Shown: positions 1 through 13,370, counted from the stretch's first letter. The stretch is DNA of 64,000 nucleotides from Lingula anatina (GCA_051362555.1 CM120645.1:8432001-8496000); one strand, 5' to 3'. The notes: generated by a model from the letters alone, not told the origin. Translations and numbers: made by a program.

Positions 1-1597
1 TCATGCTTCTATTGTTTGCCCATGAATCATTATGACAAATTTGTAGGGTTGCCAGATCACTGGCGCTTCATTCAATTCTCTATATCTGCCCTGCAGCCTG
101 GGATGAGTGATACTTGACTGACCTTTGTTTACATCTGGAGATTTTCTTTATAATTCGATCAGTGTGCATAAATTATGATATTTTCCATCAGGAAAAATAC
201 GTGATAATGTTACGATTCTTATTTTACGGATACATAATTACAAAAATTAATTCCTGATTTAATACCCCCTATTTCAGCGCCTATTCCTGGCTGCGTTAAT
301 TATGGGGGGTTGGAAAGTAATCCGTTAGAACGCAGGAGTGATGATTGCTACTCTTACCAACGGTGCATCACCGATCAACTAATCTCAGCCACCTGAAGCA
401 GAATCACCAACAAAAGACAAATTGGACTACATCTGCCTTCTTGTTGAGACATCTTATGTAAAAAAGGCGATAACGGTCAAAACATACGTGCTTCGTGGTT
501 TATTAAATGTTCATCGTATTTTTTACAATAAGGATGGCTAGTGGCAGCATTTATAAGTTCTTTTATTTAGAAACTTTCCGATCCTTTGTCTGGGACTGCG
601 TCCGAGAAACGGCGATAACGACAGAGACGTCCTCGAACATTTTGGACTCAGTGCAAATAAAAAAAAAATCCGTTAAGAAGTAGCCTTTAAATGTCCTGGC
701 AAATAATTTTGCGATGGCGCAGAGAGTTCTAGAATGAATGACAAGCAACGACATTAGGGTTAATAATAGACTAAAAACTATCAGAGTGTAGGCCTGTCTT
801 ACTTCATTTCTAAGGCCATCTTGTGATACGAGTCATGCTACACTACAAAAGAGGGAGTAGCAGTGGATGATTTAATACAGGGATACCATCGATAGTATAT
901 CAATAGAAAATCGCAATCCTCAAATGTTTTTTAATTCATTAAATATAAACGGTCTTTTCTCGTACAATGGGTCTGGTATAGTTGTATTGGCCTATCAGTT
1001 GGAAACACGTGGTTCGTCTACAATTGCAAATGGCGGAGGTGCCGTGGTAGTTATTGTCTTAAAATTAGCTGGATACGGTGCACGTGAGAAAATTATTCAT
1101 TAAATTTAGTTTTCGAGCGTCAGCTTAATCTGGTAAAATGCGAGACGAAAAAAATGATAGATAGAGCCTTATGACCCACTGTAGAATGATGCCGAATAAT
1201 ACATCAACGACGTAGTTTATCGGCAGATAAACGTGTTTCCATTCTCGGCTGACTGAGGAAAGGTTTGAGAGAGCATTTAAAGAAGAGGCGGTCGAACCAA
1301 TAGTGAGTAGGAAGTGTGCTGCAATCAAGACGAACAATACCGATCATAAGTGGACAGCTAATAACCCCTAATTAACCCCGGGTTACGCGCTGCTGTGTTG
1401 ACTCCTTGCTGGGAAGGGGTAGCGGCCTCCTACTGCTGTGCGTAATCAAACATTGTCTTCTAACATGCGGCTACACGACGGTTGCATTGTATTAATAAAG
1501 TAATACCTATTCATAAGGAAGGGGGCGGATGGTAATCTTACGAGAATTAAATCAGTTATGGATCATACGCGTACCAATAGTCGTGTTTTTTTTTTAG

Positions 1598-4500
1598 CTA
1601 TACGGTAGAACATGATTCTAAGCAACGTTGGATGTAGGGGCATGTCTGAAAATTCCAATATGGCAGCCAATTTCAATATTGCCCCCAAAATACCCTTTCA
1701 AGGTGAAAGTTATTTGTATAGTCTTTTATAAAAATATCATTTAATGGTTAGAAAATACCATTGTATGTATGAAGTATCAGTATCTGCCACTTAAGGTTTT
1801 AAAATTCCAAAATGGCCTCCAAAAGTCAGCAGACCACAACTATTGAATTGTAATCACTCGTGAATAGGCATGTGGGCTTTGCAAACTACCTGTATAATCA
1901 GCATATTCCTACCTGTGCAGGAGCTATTCTACAGAGTTTTTAAAAAACCATCAAGCATGATACATTTATTTTGTACTGAAAACAGTCCTTCTTTTGATAA
2001 ACCAACATAAGTAGTTTGACTTTTTGCTCTGGATTCTCATATAGATCAATTCCCAGTTAGCAATCTTCTTATATGGCACTCATGAGTGACCCCCCCCCCC
2101 CCCCTTTCTAAGAAAAAAAGTATCGTGCAAAATCCATAAAATGTGAAAGAAACACCAGAATAACTTAGCCTTAAACAGGCAAATATAAAAAACTTGGGGT
2201 GTACCAATTTTGTCTGATGGTTATGATTCTTCAGCTAGATCAGTGCATGGCGCTTCATCAAATGCTCATAAATATAACAAAAATGACAGCTAATCAAACA
2301 TACAGGTCTCAACAATTTGATGTTTTTCATTGGTTAAGTACTAAAAGCGGGGCACATTTGCACTCGATAATGTTATGATGTTATCTTGTGCTTCAAAAGT
2401 AAATTAGAAAAGCTTCTTATTTTAAAAATTGGCTTTAGTACATTCGCAGTATTGGCTACCGAGAATTTAGTGAAAATTTATGAGCAAAGAAATACCTGTA
2501 CCCCAAACAGAGGACAGGTGTTGATACGTGCTGTATCCAAGAGTTGCATTGCAGACTTCACACTTCGTGCACTAAAAAAGAAGCACTGATAGGCGCCAAA
2601 CTTTGGTTTTCATTTGATCATTTGGCAACTTGTTTAGTTACAAACTTATACTTTCAAAAAACTGAACATGAAAATAAAAGAATTAAAATCCTCCAGACAG
2701 TTAATACATACAAAACTTCAAAAAACGATGTATTCTGAGGATTACACCAAGAAATTAGTGCAATATGGACTTTGAAAGGTAAAAATTCATGAGATTTCCG
2801 GCATCATTGTCTGTGTGGGACAATCCAGAATGAAGCCATGAGGAGTATTCACTTACCCAGCTTAATCTACCAGGTAGCTCCTACCATATCTGTTTGTAGT
2901 TATGTGTGCAGTTGCTAACTGTGGTGAGGGGAGTCAGAAGCATTGGAAGACTGGTGCTATAAGGGTTCACACTAGTAACCTACATCTACTAATATACCCT
3001 TCCACACTTTCATGTTCCTATGGACCGTCATGCATGTAAACTGAGTCAGAAGCATTGGAAGACTGGTCCTATAAGGGTTCACACTAGTAACCTACATCTA
3101 CTACTATGCCCTACCACACTTTCATATTCCTATTGTCCCTCATGCATGTTAACTGATGCTTTCTGGTGTTAGAAACGACCAATGCCTCTTGGTATTTTGT
3201 TGGGGAAAGTGGATTACATGTAGAAGCTTTAGCTTTAAGGAAATACTGGGAAAGCTGAGGGAAACACAACTACTAGTAAAGCTAGGCACACATTAATGAA
3301 TGAAAATTATTTAACCAAATAAGTAGAAATTTCGGTGTAGCTAGCTGTTATCCTCTGTTGAGATATTGTCCATTTACTAAAGTAAAAGGTTGACCGCCCA
3401 TAAAATGTGCAACACTTACTTGATAAAATAACCTTCGTTAATTTGAAACTTATTTGTGAATATACCTTGACATTTTCATATCCTTGACATTTATAGAATT
3501 GCTGCATGTGGTGTCACAACTAGACCAAAAGGAGTCCTGTTCCATTTTTTATGGTCATTTGGGTCTAAATGTAACTAAAGGAGCGAAAAACCAAAAAAGA
3601 GTAAAGACTGTTGTCAGTCAGATTATATAGTAGTATTTTTTTACTTTAAAAGGGTATTAGTGGCCATATTAGAATATTCAGACATGTCCCTATATAACAA
3701 ATTGCTTAGAATCCTGTTCTGTACAATTGAGCCAATTTTCATGCTTGTAGTTTTAAGTGCATGATGAATTCACCATACTGCTGCTGTGAGTGACCTGTTT
3801 TTCTTATTTTTGGAGGCCATTTTGGATTTCTATACACTTAAAGAATAAAATATTGATACTTCATGCATACCATAGTCCTGTCTAACCATAAAATGTTATC
3901 TTAAGTTATTATAAGATTTTACATACTTGAAGTTTTAATTTGAATGGGTATTTGTGTCGGCTATATTGGATTTGGGGGCCATATATTGAAATTTTTAGAC
4001 ATGCTCATACAACCAAAAGTGCTTGGAATCCTGTTTTACAACTGTACCAAATGCCATGCTTGTAGTTTTTGATGAATTAACCACTCTGCTGGATATCTTG
4101 GATTAGTAGAGTGCTTTTTACTATTGGCGGCCATTTTGGATTTAATACACCTAAAAAAGCAAATATTGATTCTGAATTCATACCGTGGTGTTTTTTAACC
4201 TTTGTATGATATTTACGCCCTTAAAAGACTATATACTTGAAGTTTAAATTAGAAGCCGTATTTTTGGAGGCCATCTTGGATTTGAAGGCCATTTTTAAAT
4301 TTTCGGATATGCTCATACATCCAAACTTGCTCAGAATTTCATTTCCACAAACCTGCCAAATTTTATGCTTGTAGTTTTAAGTGCTTGAAGAATTCCCCAT
4401 TCAAATGGATATCTTGAATAAATGGTCTGCTTTTTTTACTTTTGGCGGCCATTTTGGATTTAATACACCTGAAGGATTCATACCATGGTGTTTTCTAACC

Positions 4501-4718
4501 TTTATATGATATTTTAAGTCATTAGAAGACTATGTACTTGAAGTTTTAATTTGAAAAGGTATTTTGGTGGCCATATTGGATTTGACGGCCATTTTGGAAT
4601 TTTCAGACATGCCCATATATCCAAATTTGCTTAGAATTTTATTGTCCATAAGTGTGCCAAATTTCATGCTTGTAGGTAAAAAATGCACAATTTTTCACCA
4701 ATTTCCTGGACTATACGG
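1598..4718. mobile_element. Degenerate non-autonomous DNA transposon-like element with inverted, internally repeated arms
   Basis: 1610-1830 is the approximate reverse complement of units in 3620-4710, which are ~300-bp tandem subrepeats containing ggcggccattttggattt. The direct repeat ctatacgg occurs at 1598-1605 and 4711-4718. No intact transposase was seen. Confidence 0.55.
2931..3155. repeat. Tandem duplication, 2 x ~112 bp
   Basis: gagtcagaagcattggaagactggt...cacactagtaacctacatctact...catgcatg starts at 2931 and again at 3043. Confidence 0.9.
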
Positions 4719-4780
4719 CCTTGAGTTAAATAAGAGTCAAAAAGGACAACAAATAATAAATAAGGTAGGCTTACTGTATT

Positions 4781-4954
4781 GCCCCATTCAGAATAGGGGA
4801 CTAACTAGTCCGAGGGTCAAATATGGCGACTCACTACAAAGCTTGTTGTCTAATACGCTAATAGGCACTGAATAGATATCCCGTAGGAGATGTATTCAAG
4901 TGGGTCGGCCATATTTGTCCCTCGAACTAGTTAGTCCCCTATTCTGAATGGGGC
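4781..4954. mobile_element. Palindromic MITE (PIF/Harbinger-Tourist-like)
   Basis: Long TIRs gccccattcagaataggggactaactagt... / ...actagttagtcccctattctgaatggggc, followed by tta. Confidence 0.8.
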
Positions 4955-5914
4955 TTATGAGGTTAATCTTGTAGGCTACAGTGATCTTTCACATAATTTT
5001 TTATCCCAAGAAAAAAGGATTTTTGACCTGGGGATATATTATGCCGAGCTTCGGAACTTTCTACAACAAATTTGTGGACAATAATAGCATCTAAAGACAA
5101 GAAGTGTTAAGAGCAGAATTACCTCATGAAATCTTGTCGTCCGATCTCAACGCGTACGTGTAGGCCTAACCCTACTACAGAAACGCAATTAAGTTGACTT
5201 ATTAGTGATGAGTCATAATAACAATAAATTGCACAATAAATTGAACAACTTTTGAAATTCACAAGTTGAAATTACAGCAGATATAGGCCTATAATGAAGC
5301 ACCTCCAATGTTAAGCAAGATAGCCTCAAGATCTGAATATTTGACTTTATGGAAACAGACATCTTTGAAACGCATTTTAGTGCGACTTTTATTGCAGATA
5401 GTGGGTTATTACACAATTAATAGGCGATTTTTAAAATATACTGAAAAAAATTGCAAACTAAATTTTATGAAGTTCCACTAATATTTGACAAAATTACATG
5501 TAGACCTGAATGTTTTAATTCAAAGTTGTAGTCATTTAACAAATTACAAAAAAAAGGGGGGGCCTGAAGAACCCCATATCTTTATCTTTGTGCCTGAAGA
5601 ATCAATTAATGATTTATATTTAATGTATTTACGGTGACATTTTTGTGCTTGATCCATTTTATGTGTCTCTGACATATTTAAATATTAAATAGACGTTTAA
5701 AAACAGATTTCTTGAGTGTTTCAACATTACAAAGTGCCAAATACAGATTGACAATAATTGCCGTGTTCATTTCAGTTAAGGCGTACGTTGCCCAAAAAAT
5801 AACATGTGTGTTTTAAAGTATCGATGTCCTCATGGAAAAACCTAGAAAAATATATTTCTATACTCATGTTCGTCTATTTCGAATAACGTAGCCGTCTCAA
5901 TACTATTTCGATCT

Positions 5915-7102
5915 TTAAATGATCGAATTTAAATATTCGCCGTTTCCTTTCCGTCTAAACATTGCTTTTTCTGTGGGATCGTTTTTACAAACGTATTGTT
6001 TCATTATCTCCAATTCTGCGCTTAGATGTTTCAAACGAGCTCGTAGTTCCTCGTCCTGCAGGGGCGTTTTACGACCGTTTTCAACGCTCCAGGACGAATC
6101 GGATGAGGACATTTCATCTTCCCACTGCGCGTGCGCTCTCACTATGACGGGCCACGGTTTCGGATGAGGTTGATTTATGCCCCTGTTAACTTCACTCTCA
6201 GATTCGGAACACGAAACCTCTTGGGCGGGCGACGAAAAATTGCTCCGACAACTTTCATCGTCGCTGCTGTTTCTCGGGGGAGCCGTGCCTCTGCTCTTGT
6301 AAGATACCTCGATGTTCTTTTTCATTGATCGAAATCCCGCGGAACTAGGCTGGCCTAACATGAAGTCTTCGTGCAACTCTGTGGTCTCCCGTCGTTGCGG
6401 ATCATAAGTGATTAACGCGGGGTAAACTGCCTGCGATGACATATGGTAGCTCCTCTTCAGTAGCACGCTAGCTTCATTATGACCCGCTGATAAAGGCGGA
6501 TAAAAAGGACCATGTCCTTTTTCCGAATACCACAAATAGGGAGTTGAGGGGTGGCGCATGAATCCTTCCTCTTTTGAAGAAACGTGGGCGTGTTTGTCGG
6601 TCCCTCGTGCCTCAGGCTCCGAATTCAGTGCCCTAGTTAGCAGAGATTTCCTCGGGGGTAAACTACACTCCGTAACGACCTCTTGTTCGGTGTGTTCGTG
6701 GGTAATCTCAGGCGATTGATTTTCAGTTTTGATCGAAATGTTTGATGGCGAATGGACAGGGTCTGAGGGGACACACTGATCTACTGGAACGCCATATTTA
6801 GTTTTCAAAATGGCGATTTCTCGGCGAAGCAAGCTGTTTTCGTGTTCCAAAATCTGGACTCTGTCCCGCATCGTTAAGTCCTGCTTGCGTTTGTTCTCGC
6901 GAGATTTGCGCGCAGCCTCGTTGTTTCGCTTTCGTTTTTCCCAATATCGCTCATCTTTCTGATCCTCGGCCACATGTCGCTTCGTTCGCCGACATGGAAT
7001 GGAACTGACTGGGCAGTTTGCAGGCGGTTGGTATTTGGTCGTGTTTGCCCCGTTGCTGCCATTATACATGATGTATGGATGGGGCAAATGCGCGTCGTTC
7101 AT
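5915..7102 (-). CDS. NFIL3: bZIP transcription factor, NFIL3/E4BP4/vrille-like, 395 aa, single coding exon
   Basis: Basic region and zipper KDERYWEKRKRNNEAARKSRENKRKQDLTMRDRVQILEHENSLLRREIAILKTKYGV match the NFIL3/PAR-type signature (YWEKRxxNNEAAxxSRE...KYG). A splice acceptor at 7122-7123 lies 19 nt upstream of the ATG. The bZIP call is firm; orthology among NFIL3/giant/CES-2-like genes is less so. Confidence 0.8.
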   Translation of the reverse strand: MNDAHLPHPYIMYNGSNGANTTKYQPPANCPVSSIPCRRTKRHVAEDQKDERYWEKRKRNNEAARKSRENKRKQDLTMRDRVQILEHENSLLRREIAILKTKYGVPVDQCVPSDPVHSPSNISIKTENQSPEITHEHTEQEVVTECSLPPRKSLLTRALNSEPEARGTDKHAHVSSKEEGFMRHPSTPYLWYSEKGHGPFYPPLSAGHNEASVLLKRSYHMSSQAVYPALITYDPQRRETTELHEDFMLGQPSSAGFRSMKKNIEVSYKSRGTAPPRNSSDDESCRSNFSSPAQEVSCSESESEVNRGINQPHPKPWPVIVRAHAQWEDEMSSSDSSWSVENGRKTPLQDEELRARLKHLSAELEIMKQYVCKNDPTEKAMFRRKGNGEYLNSII

Positions 7103-7158
7103 TTTTGTTGTACTTGGGTAACTGCAATAGAAATGAAGATAAAATAAGTGAAAAACTT

Positions 7159-7214
7159 AGTCCATTTTGGTTTCAGCAAATCTCCAAGTCCATTTTGGTT
7201 TCAGCAAATCTCCA
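7159..7214. repeat. Tandem duplication, 2 x ~28 bp, near the bZIP intron acceptor
   Basis: agtccattttggtttcagcaaatctcca occurs twice in a row. Confidence 0.9.
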
Positions 7215-7364
7215 ACGACTTTAATTGAAAAAAATCCTTTTTTAACATTTTTTTTTACAAAAGTTTGACGTGGCGGTAACTGATACTACTGAGTATCCTA
7301 TATAGGCGACCGTTGAAGCGCGATATAACAGTATTTCATCCATAAACATTTTTGTCTTCAAATT

Positions 7365-7396
<32 letters not shown>

Positions 7397-7494
7397 TGAA
7401 AGTCAAAACAAGTCACATAGTGATGAGAATGGTTAATTATTCGTTGTAAACGTTTTCGCCTCTTTCAGGCTCTCCAGACAAAATGATTCAGACA

Positions 7495-7496
7495 AT

Positions 7497-7553
<57 letters not shown>
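7495..7553. repeat. (TA)n microsatellite
   Basis: Directly visible. Other simple repeats: (CT)n 7370-7396, (TA)n 8610-8662, (TG)n 10136-10183, (CT)n 16544-16594, (GA)n 22741-22776, polyT 37028-37063, (TTTA)n 43447-43488, (CA)n 46740-46773 and 62985-63033. Confidence 0.95.
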
Positions 7554-7554
<1 letters not shown>

Positions 7555-8167
7555 CAAATTATTCAAGAAGAGAATTTGAAAATCAAATAATAAATCTACA
7601 CTCTCAGAGTAAATTGTCTGCCATCTTAACCTTTAACCATTTTCTCAATTTGGGTATGCACTTTCGTCTAATGTCCAGAGAGAATTTTTGCATGGAATTT
7701 GTTTTATCATCAGCTGGTCTTCAGCATAAAGTAAGCTCTAAACACGCATGAGAAAAACATCGCAAATGCACGTAGTGCTGTAGCCGATCAGAGGCCGTCG
7801 TTTAAGCGAGATGCAACACTCGTCACCTATCTGTACGTGAAAACTCATTCCTCTATTTTAGATCCTAGGTGGAAATTACCCGTCTATTGACTCGCCTGCG
7901 GCTCGACAAATACACTCTTAATATTTCCAGCTCGGCGACTCGTATATGGTATCTATCACTAAACGGGGACGTGTCAAATCAACAATTATTTGTGCATAAA
8001 CTTTGATACTAAAATTACATAAGATCCCAACGTAAACGTTCACTGGTCCTTCTAAACAGGAACTTAACACGTTATTAGCTCTGTGCGATGAACTGTTCCG
8101 AGAGGGCGACGACCGATAGCACGCGGGCAGAGCGCTTGACCCTAACCTGACTGGCAATCTCACGCTC

Positions 8168-8281
8168 TTATATAACCCCAATATGATTTAATCAAAGAAT
8201 TATGTAAGTAGGAAGGTATTGCGTGAATACAGACGTGTTGGTCCATATTCAGGGCTCGCAACTAGGTCATTTTGTACGTCA
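8168..8281 (-). promoter_or_regulatory. Putative proximal promoter of the bZIP gene (TATA, D-box, RORE-like, CRE-like)
   Basis: TTATATAA 8168-8175; D-box TTATGTAA 8200-8207; AACTAGGTCA 8260-8269; TACGTCA 8275-8281. The context is CpG-rich and ~1 kb upstream of the coding exon. The TSS (~8140) is inferred. Confidence 0.55.
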
Positions 8282-8606
8282 TAAGAAGACAAATGTACGT
8301 ACGTCTTATGATCAGTGATGTATTAGTGTTATATATTTCCATTTCGTTTGTTACAACTTCTGTCCATCCTTTCTTTGCCGTTTCACACAGTATTTAGCGT
8401 CAATATTTCGCTTTCTGGTAAAGGAAGTGCGTGGATGCATCGAGTACGAAAAACCTATAAAAAACGAAAATGTTGAAAATGTTCTTGGATAATTCTGCTC
8501 AGGGCTGTGTTTCGACGTCGACCTCACTTAATATAAACCCGAAAGTTCATGGGCCAAACCTTCATAAAAACGGAGTTAAATTTGAAACCTATCCGAGTTC
8601 GATCTT

Positions 8607-8665
<59 letters not shown>

Positions 8666-9923
8666 GCTATTAATGCCTTAGACATTTTAATGAATTGTTA
8701 TTTCACTTCACAAATTGGGTCATCTTACAGGTGAGGTAATTGATATCCTGCATTACCTTAATTACTTATATACAAGTACCAACACTACACCTTTGGTCAA
8801 TGGCGAGAAACAGAAACCTTTTGGTAAAATATCAAAGTTCGTCAAACATGCATCGGTGATGGCACATGAAGAATTAAAATTCAATATTCAAATATCCGGA
8901 AATGTCGGTATACCATACCTTTATTGTATTTACTCCGTGAAAAGTTTCAATTCCTTTCAGAGTCAGCTTTGTTATCATATTCATTAACTTCCCAATTACA
9001 TTCATTAACTTTCCAAGGCTTCCTTTTATAATATACCTGCACAGGAAGCCATTAGTAAGTTCATTTCTATTTATATCTTACCCGGGATTTTCTCGCCAAG
9101 TCGAAGTTTCATGGCAAATAAAGCAAATTCTCCTCATCACGAACCATTGCTTAACCCGCCCTAGCACTTTCATACGTTATAGACGTACCATTTCAGCCAT
9201 TTCGAATTAAATAATTTGGTTCTATTATACGACTGGCCCAGTCACATAACGTCGCTGTTTTTTTCCTATACATTAATTTCAGAAGAAAATAACGAGGGGC
9301 GTTATAGGTCTTTAAGATCTGTATTGGAAAAAGGTTTTGGTTTGTAGGATATGCAGATATAAAATTGGGACAATTTTTTACGTGGATGATATACTTTTCA
9401 TTCAGTACATGATGACAATTTCTACACGTCACATGTAACGAAGACAACAAGGTATATCGATGGACCTTGTATATTAGGGGGAAAATATAATCACAAAAAA
9501 TATCCATATCTTTTGTCTCCTTATATTCCGTCTATCCCTAAAGTCAAGACGGAACTTCCATACAAACAACCAGCATAGACCAAAATTGGTTTATTATTTT
9601 AAAAATCATCATTATAATTTTTTTTTATCCATTTGTTGGATTTTTGTTTGTTTGTTTTGGAACTAAACACACTAACCCTGCAATACGCTGTCAAAAATAT
9701 TAAATATAAAGAGAATTTCAAAAAAGATAATATTAAAATAGACAACGCTTTCTTCTGCATTGTGGCTTCGTGGTATCGCAGGCTCGAGATTGCACAAATA
9801 ACTTACGTAATATATTTGCGGGCGACGGAGATGTTTCGTGAGAACCCTGTGCAAAGACTGCCTCTTTGGTTTTACCCACGCTATTTACAGAAACTTCGTC
9901 ACTGTCTGCTTGAGCCTCTTTAA

Positions 9924-10131
9924 CACCTTTCCAAACCCAAACCTAGATCGATCTAGCAGGATCGACGGGACTCAGATGGGGTTCTGAAGCTAAAAGATGG
10001 TTAATTATCCCCTAACAGCTTCAGTTGATGTGCCAGACATCTAACCCGCTTCAGCAGAATGCAATTAAGCGAAAAAACCCTCGGAGATGGGTCGATCCTG
10101 CTAGATCGATCTATGTATGGGAATGGGGTCT
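9924..10131. mobile_element. MITE-like inverted-repeat element
   Basis: tagatcgatctagcaggatcgac (from ~9944) pairs with gtcgatcctgctagatcgatcta (from ~10091). The element ends gggaatggggtc followed by tta. Confidence 0.7.
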
Positions 10132-10184
<53 letters not shown>

Positions 10185-12828
10185 ACATGGTCGCGCTCAA
10201 CACTTTGTGTCGAACTTTTATGTTACATGTTTCAGTCGTAATGATTTCTTCCCGTAACCCTACCTTAACGTTAATGTATCATTTAATACCCAAGTTGCCC
10301 AAAATTGAAAAAAAAAACCCCGCCGATTATTAACGCAGCCTTAAATGGTAGCATCACAGCGACAAAGGGTCATGAGAGTGTTAAGAAACCCATAAATTCA
10401 TAAAAACGCCAATCAATACATCTATATCAGCAGACAGACTAAGATTTGGTTATGGCAGCTACATTGTGGTCATGTAAGAGATTGACGTCGTGGATATTAC
10501 GCCAATCGAGGTGACGGAAAATACAGCAGTCAAACCACAAACCTGGGGAGTCGTACAGGGGGCAATGACCGAAGCTGACCCAGCTGCAAATGAAATTTGG
10601 TGAAAAAAAATCAACGCAATTTCAACGAATCCACCTGAAATGAACAGCTCTATCCATTTTCTCTCTTTTCTGTTTTTATAATTGCTATGAACGGAGAGGA
10701 AGAAATTATTTGCTCGGTTCAATAATTGGTTGATGTTGGCGGCGAGAGTGCGAGAGTGAGGGGAGAAGGGTTTAAAACAGACTTGACTGAAACTGAAAAA
10801 CAGATACGTCAGATACGAAGACTTTCAGATATCTGGCGTGATTAACGTTCTGTTTTACTTTCTTTTACTCTTTTTGTAAGCAGTGTTCAACATCCACGAT
10901 GTTTTTCACTTAGTAGAGTGCATTAAACTACGGATTTAATGCACAGTGCTTACATTGTGAGAAATTGTGAAAATGTATGTGCGCGCGTGTAGTTCTTGTA
11001 TACGTAAAATCCGTGGCACTAATCGGCCCTTAAAATATTATCAAATTAATATTCAAGCTTCAGAAAAACAAATTAAGGGTGCATATTAAGTACAGATTCA
11101 ACCCGTATTGAAAACAAGACAGTCGACAAAAAGACGTGGTAAACAAGTATAATTCTTAGCTATTTTTTTACATCTTCTCAAGAAAAATGGAAACAGCAAA
11201 ATGGTAAATTTAATAAAATTTTAGAACGAAACTGCGAAGGTTTGGCTGTCGTTTGACTGTCTGAAGAGACAGCCATGCCCTCCACAGCCACCCCAAGCAC
11301 AAATTAAAAATAACCCTTATGTGTGTTGGCACTACTGTTAACATTCCTAATATGTGCACTTTTCGTTTCAACACAAATAGTACGTACCAGAAACCGTAAA
11401 CAGGAGTGCTAACGTATGAAAATTCTAAGCACCCCCCCTCCCCCACGCGGTCAACCAACACAATTCGTGCACAACTTTTGTTCCTACTTACCTGATTAAC
11501 TTGTATTGCAGCTTACTTCACACTCGATTGGATATCACCAAGTCTATCTCAAGCGCTCCAGACTGGCACTGATGACTTCCAAGAATCAGTGTCAACACTG
11601 GTTTGAACAGCGCAGTGTTATCACACTCTGTTATTCACATTTCCCCAACACATTTTCCCGTGCCTTTCCACGTGCCTATTAGGTAATATCGACTATTACG
11701 TAACAGCATACGCACGGCGACCACTTTACTTACAGTGTTATACATGTTGATGGGCCAGGGTTAGCGATTTTCTCAGTATCCAGAGTCAATCGCATTAGTG
11801 TTTAGCATCTTGATTTTTTTTATACATTTGTAAGCAGAAATATGGTGGGAATTGCGTATGTTTGTTTGCGTATGTCTATATGTTTGTGTGCGTGTGTCTT
11901 TCGGGTCTTTGGATGGGTTGCAGTGTCAGGTAGCTTACGAAATAGACCTCTCGCCGGAATGTATTGAAGAATACGCAGGGGATTGTCTAATTTCTTAAGA
12001 AAAGTCAAATTGAGATAAGAAGACGTATTTTGTTTTTCATTCAAGATTTTTTTCCTTATCAGCACACCTTTCATGTTTACCTCTTTTTGATGAGATACTG
12101 TTCATATGTTAATCTGGCGCCGCAGACACCGTAGATTGTATATACAGAATACATGTACTTATGGCTGTTACATGGAGTTTATGTAAGATAGTTCATCGAC
12201 ATATTCAATTACATTACAAAACATGCTCAAATGCTGACAACGTACGTGACGGGACATGTGTCTATCACCTTTTAACCCGTTTCGAATTTCACTTGCCATG
12301 TTACATTTATGAAAATGCTGGTTACCCAATGCGATATGTAATATATCTATAGCTTAATCATTTTTCTACCTGTAACAGTTATTAGACAAAGTAGACAAAA
12401 GTGACTTAATGCGTTTGAGATAGTGTGATATAAAACCCACTAATAGAACAGATAAAGACATGCGATAGTACTCAAATAACCCAAGATTCCTCTAAACATA
12501 ATTATACTTGTTTGTCCTAATGCTTGAATGATTTAACAAATGAGTGACTTAAATAATTAAAGATATTTGATAGTAAACTAATTTTTTCCTGAGGCTCGGA
12601 TGATAAATAAAAGTGAGGCATAAAAAAGAAATTTATTTTACAATTTAAAAATACACACCTATAGTTGACTGCCTTGAGGTTTTGAGAAATCACGACTGTC
12701 CCTGTACAAAGTATATTTCTTGTCTATGGTTCCCCATAATAAATGAATAAATAAATAAATAAGAAATGTCGGGGTATTTTGATAAAGAAATGCTCCCAAT
12801 ACTTGGGATTAAGCCTTGAACCTTTCAT

Positions 12829-13050
12829 AGGGCTCATTCCCAATGAACTATCGGTCTTCGTAGATCGATCCAACTCCACCGGGACTCTCGGTGTTGAATA
12901 GAATACAAAAATGCTTGTCAGTATACAACGGATATGGGAACGTTGGAAACAAGAGGAGGCATCTCAGTCTGTTAATTTGATTGCATTTAGCGAGTGTCCC
13001 CTCGAAGTTGGGATCGATCTACGTAGACCGATAGTTTCAATTGGAAGGAT
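12829..13050. mobile_element. MITE-like inverted-repeat element
   Basis: aactatcggtcttcgtagatcgatccaact pairs with agttgggatcgatctacgtagaccgatagtt. Confidence 0.7.
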
Positions 13051-13086
13051 AGTCGGATAGCCGCCTTACAGCGATATAAGTTCAAG

Positions 13087-13370
13087 GGGCCATTCAGAAT
13101 AGTTGATCTGAGTACTAATTGATCCGCCTATTAAATTTGGCCGACCACACTCCAAAAGCGATGCCGCTGATTCTCGATGGTCTCCTCGCCTCCACACGCG
13201 CATCATTAAACGGATTAAATCTCGGTTCTTAATTGCTAGGCCCCTGCAGCGACGGCGCGTGTGGAGACGGAGACACCATCGGGAATCAGCAGCATCGCTT
13301 TTGACGTGTGGTCGGCATATATAGTCGGCGGATCAGTTAGTACTCGGATTATCTATTCTGAATGTTTCTT
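13087..13370. mobile_element. Palindromic MITE with termini related to the 4781 element
   Basis: cattcagaatagttgatctgagtactaattgatccgcc pairs with ggcggatcagttagtactcggattatctattctgaatg, and the internal arms also pair. A diverged relative lies at ~52600-52850. Confidence 0.75.

Noticed and set aside
5919-6328. Plus-strand ORFs overlapping the bZIP gene (also antisense ORFs at 20359, 21555, 25677, 33607, 40172, 51579, 53672)
   Set aside because: These are antisense shadows of real exons with no independent motifs.
8470-10333. ORFs with YIYIYI, CVCVCV or HTHTHT runs (also 46543-46839)
   Set aside because: They are translations of dinucleotide microsatellites.
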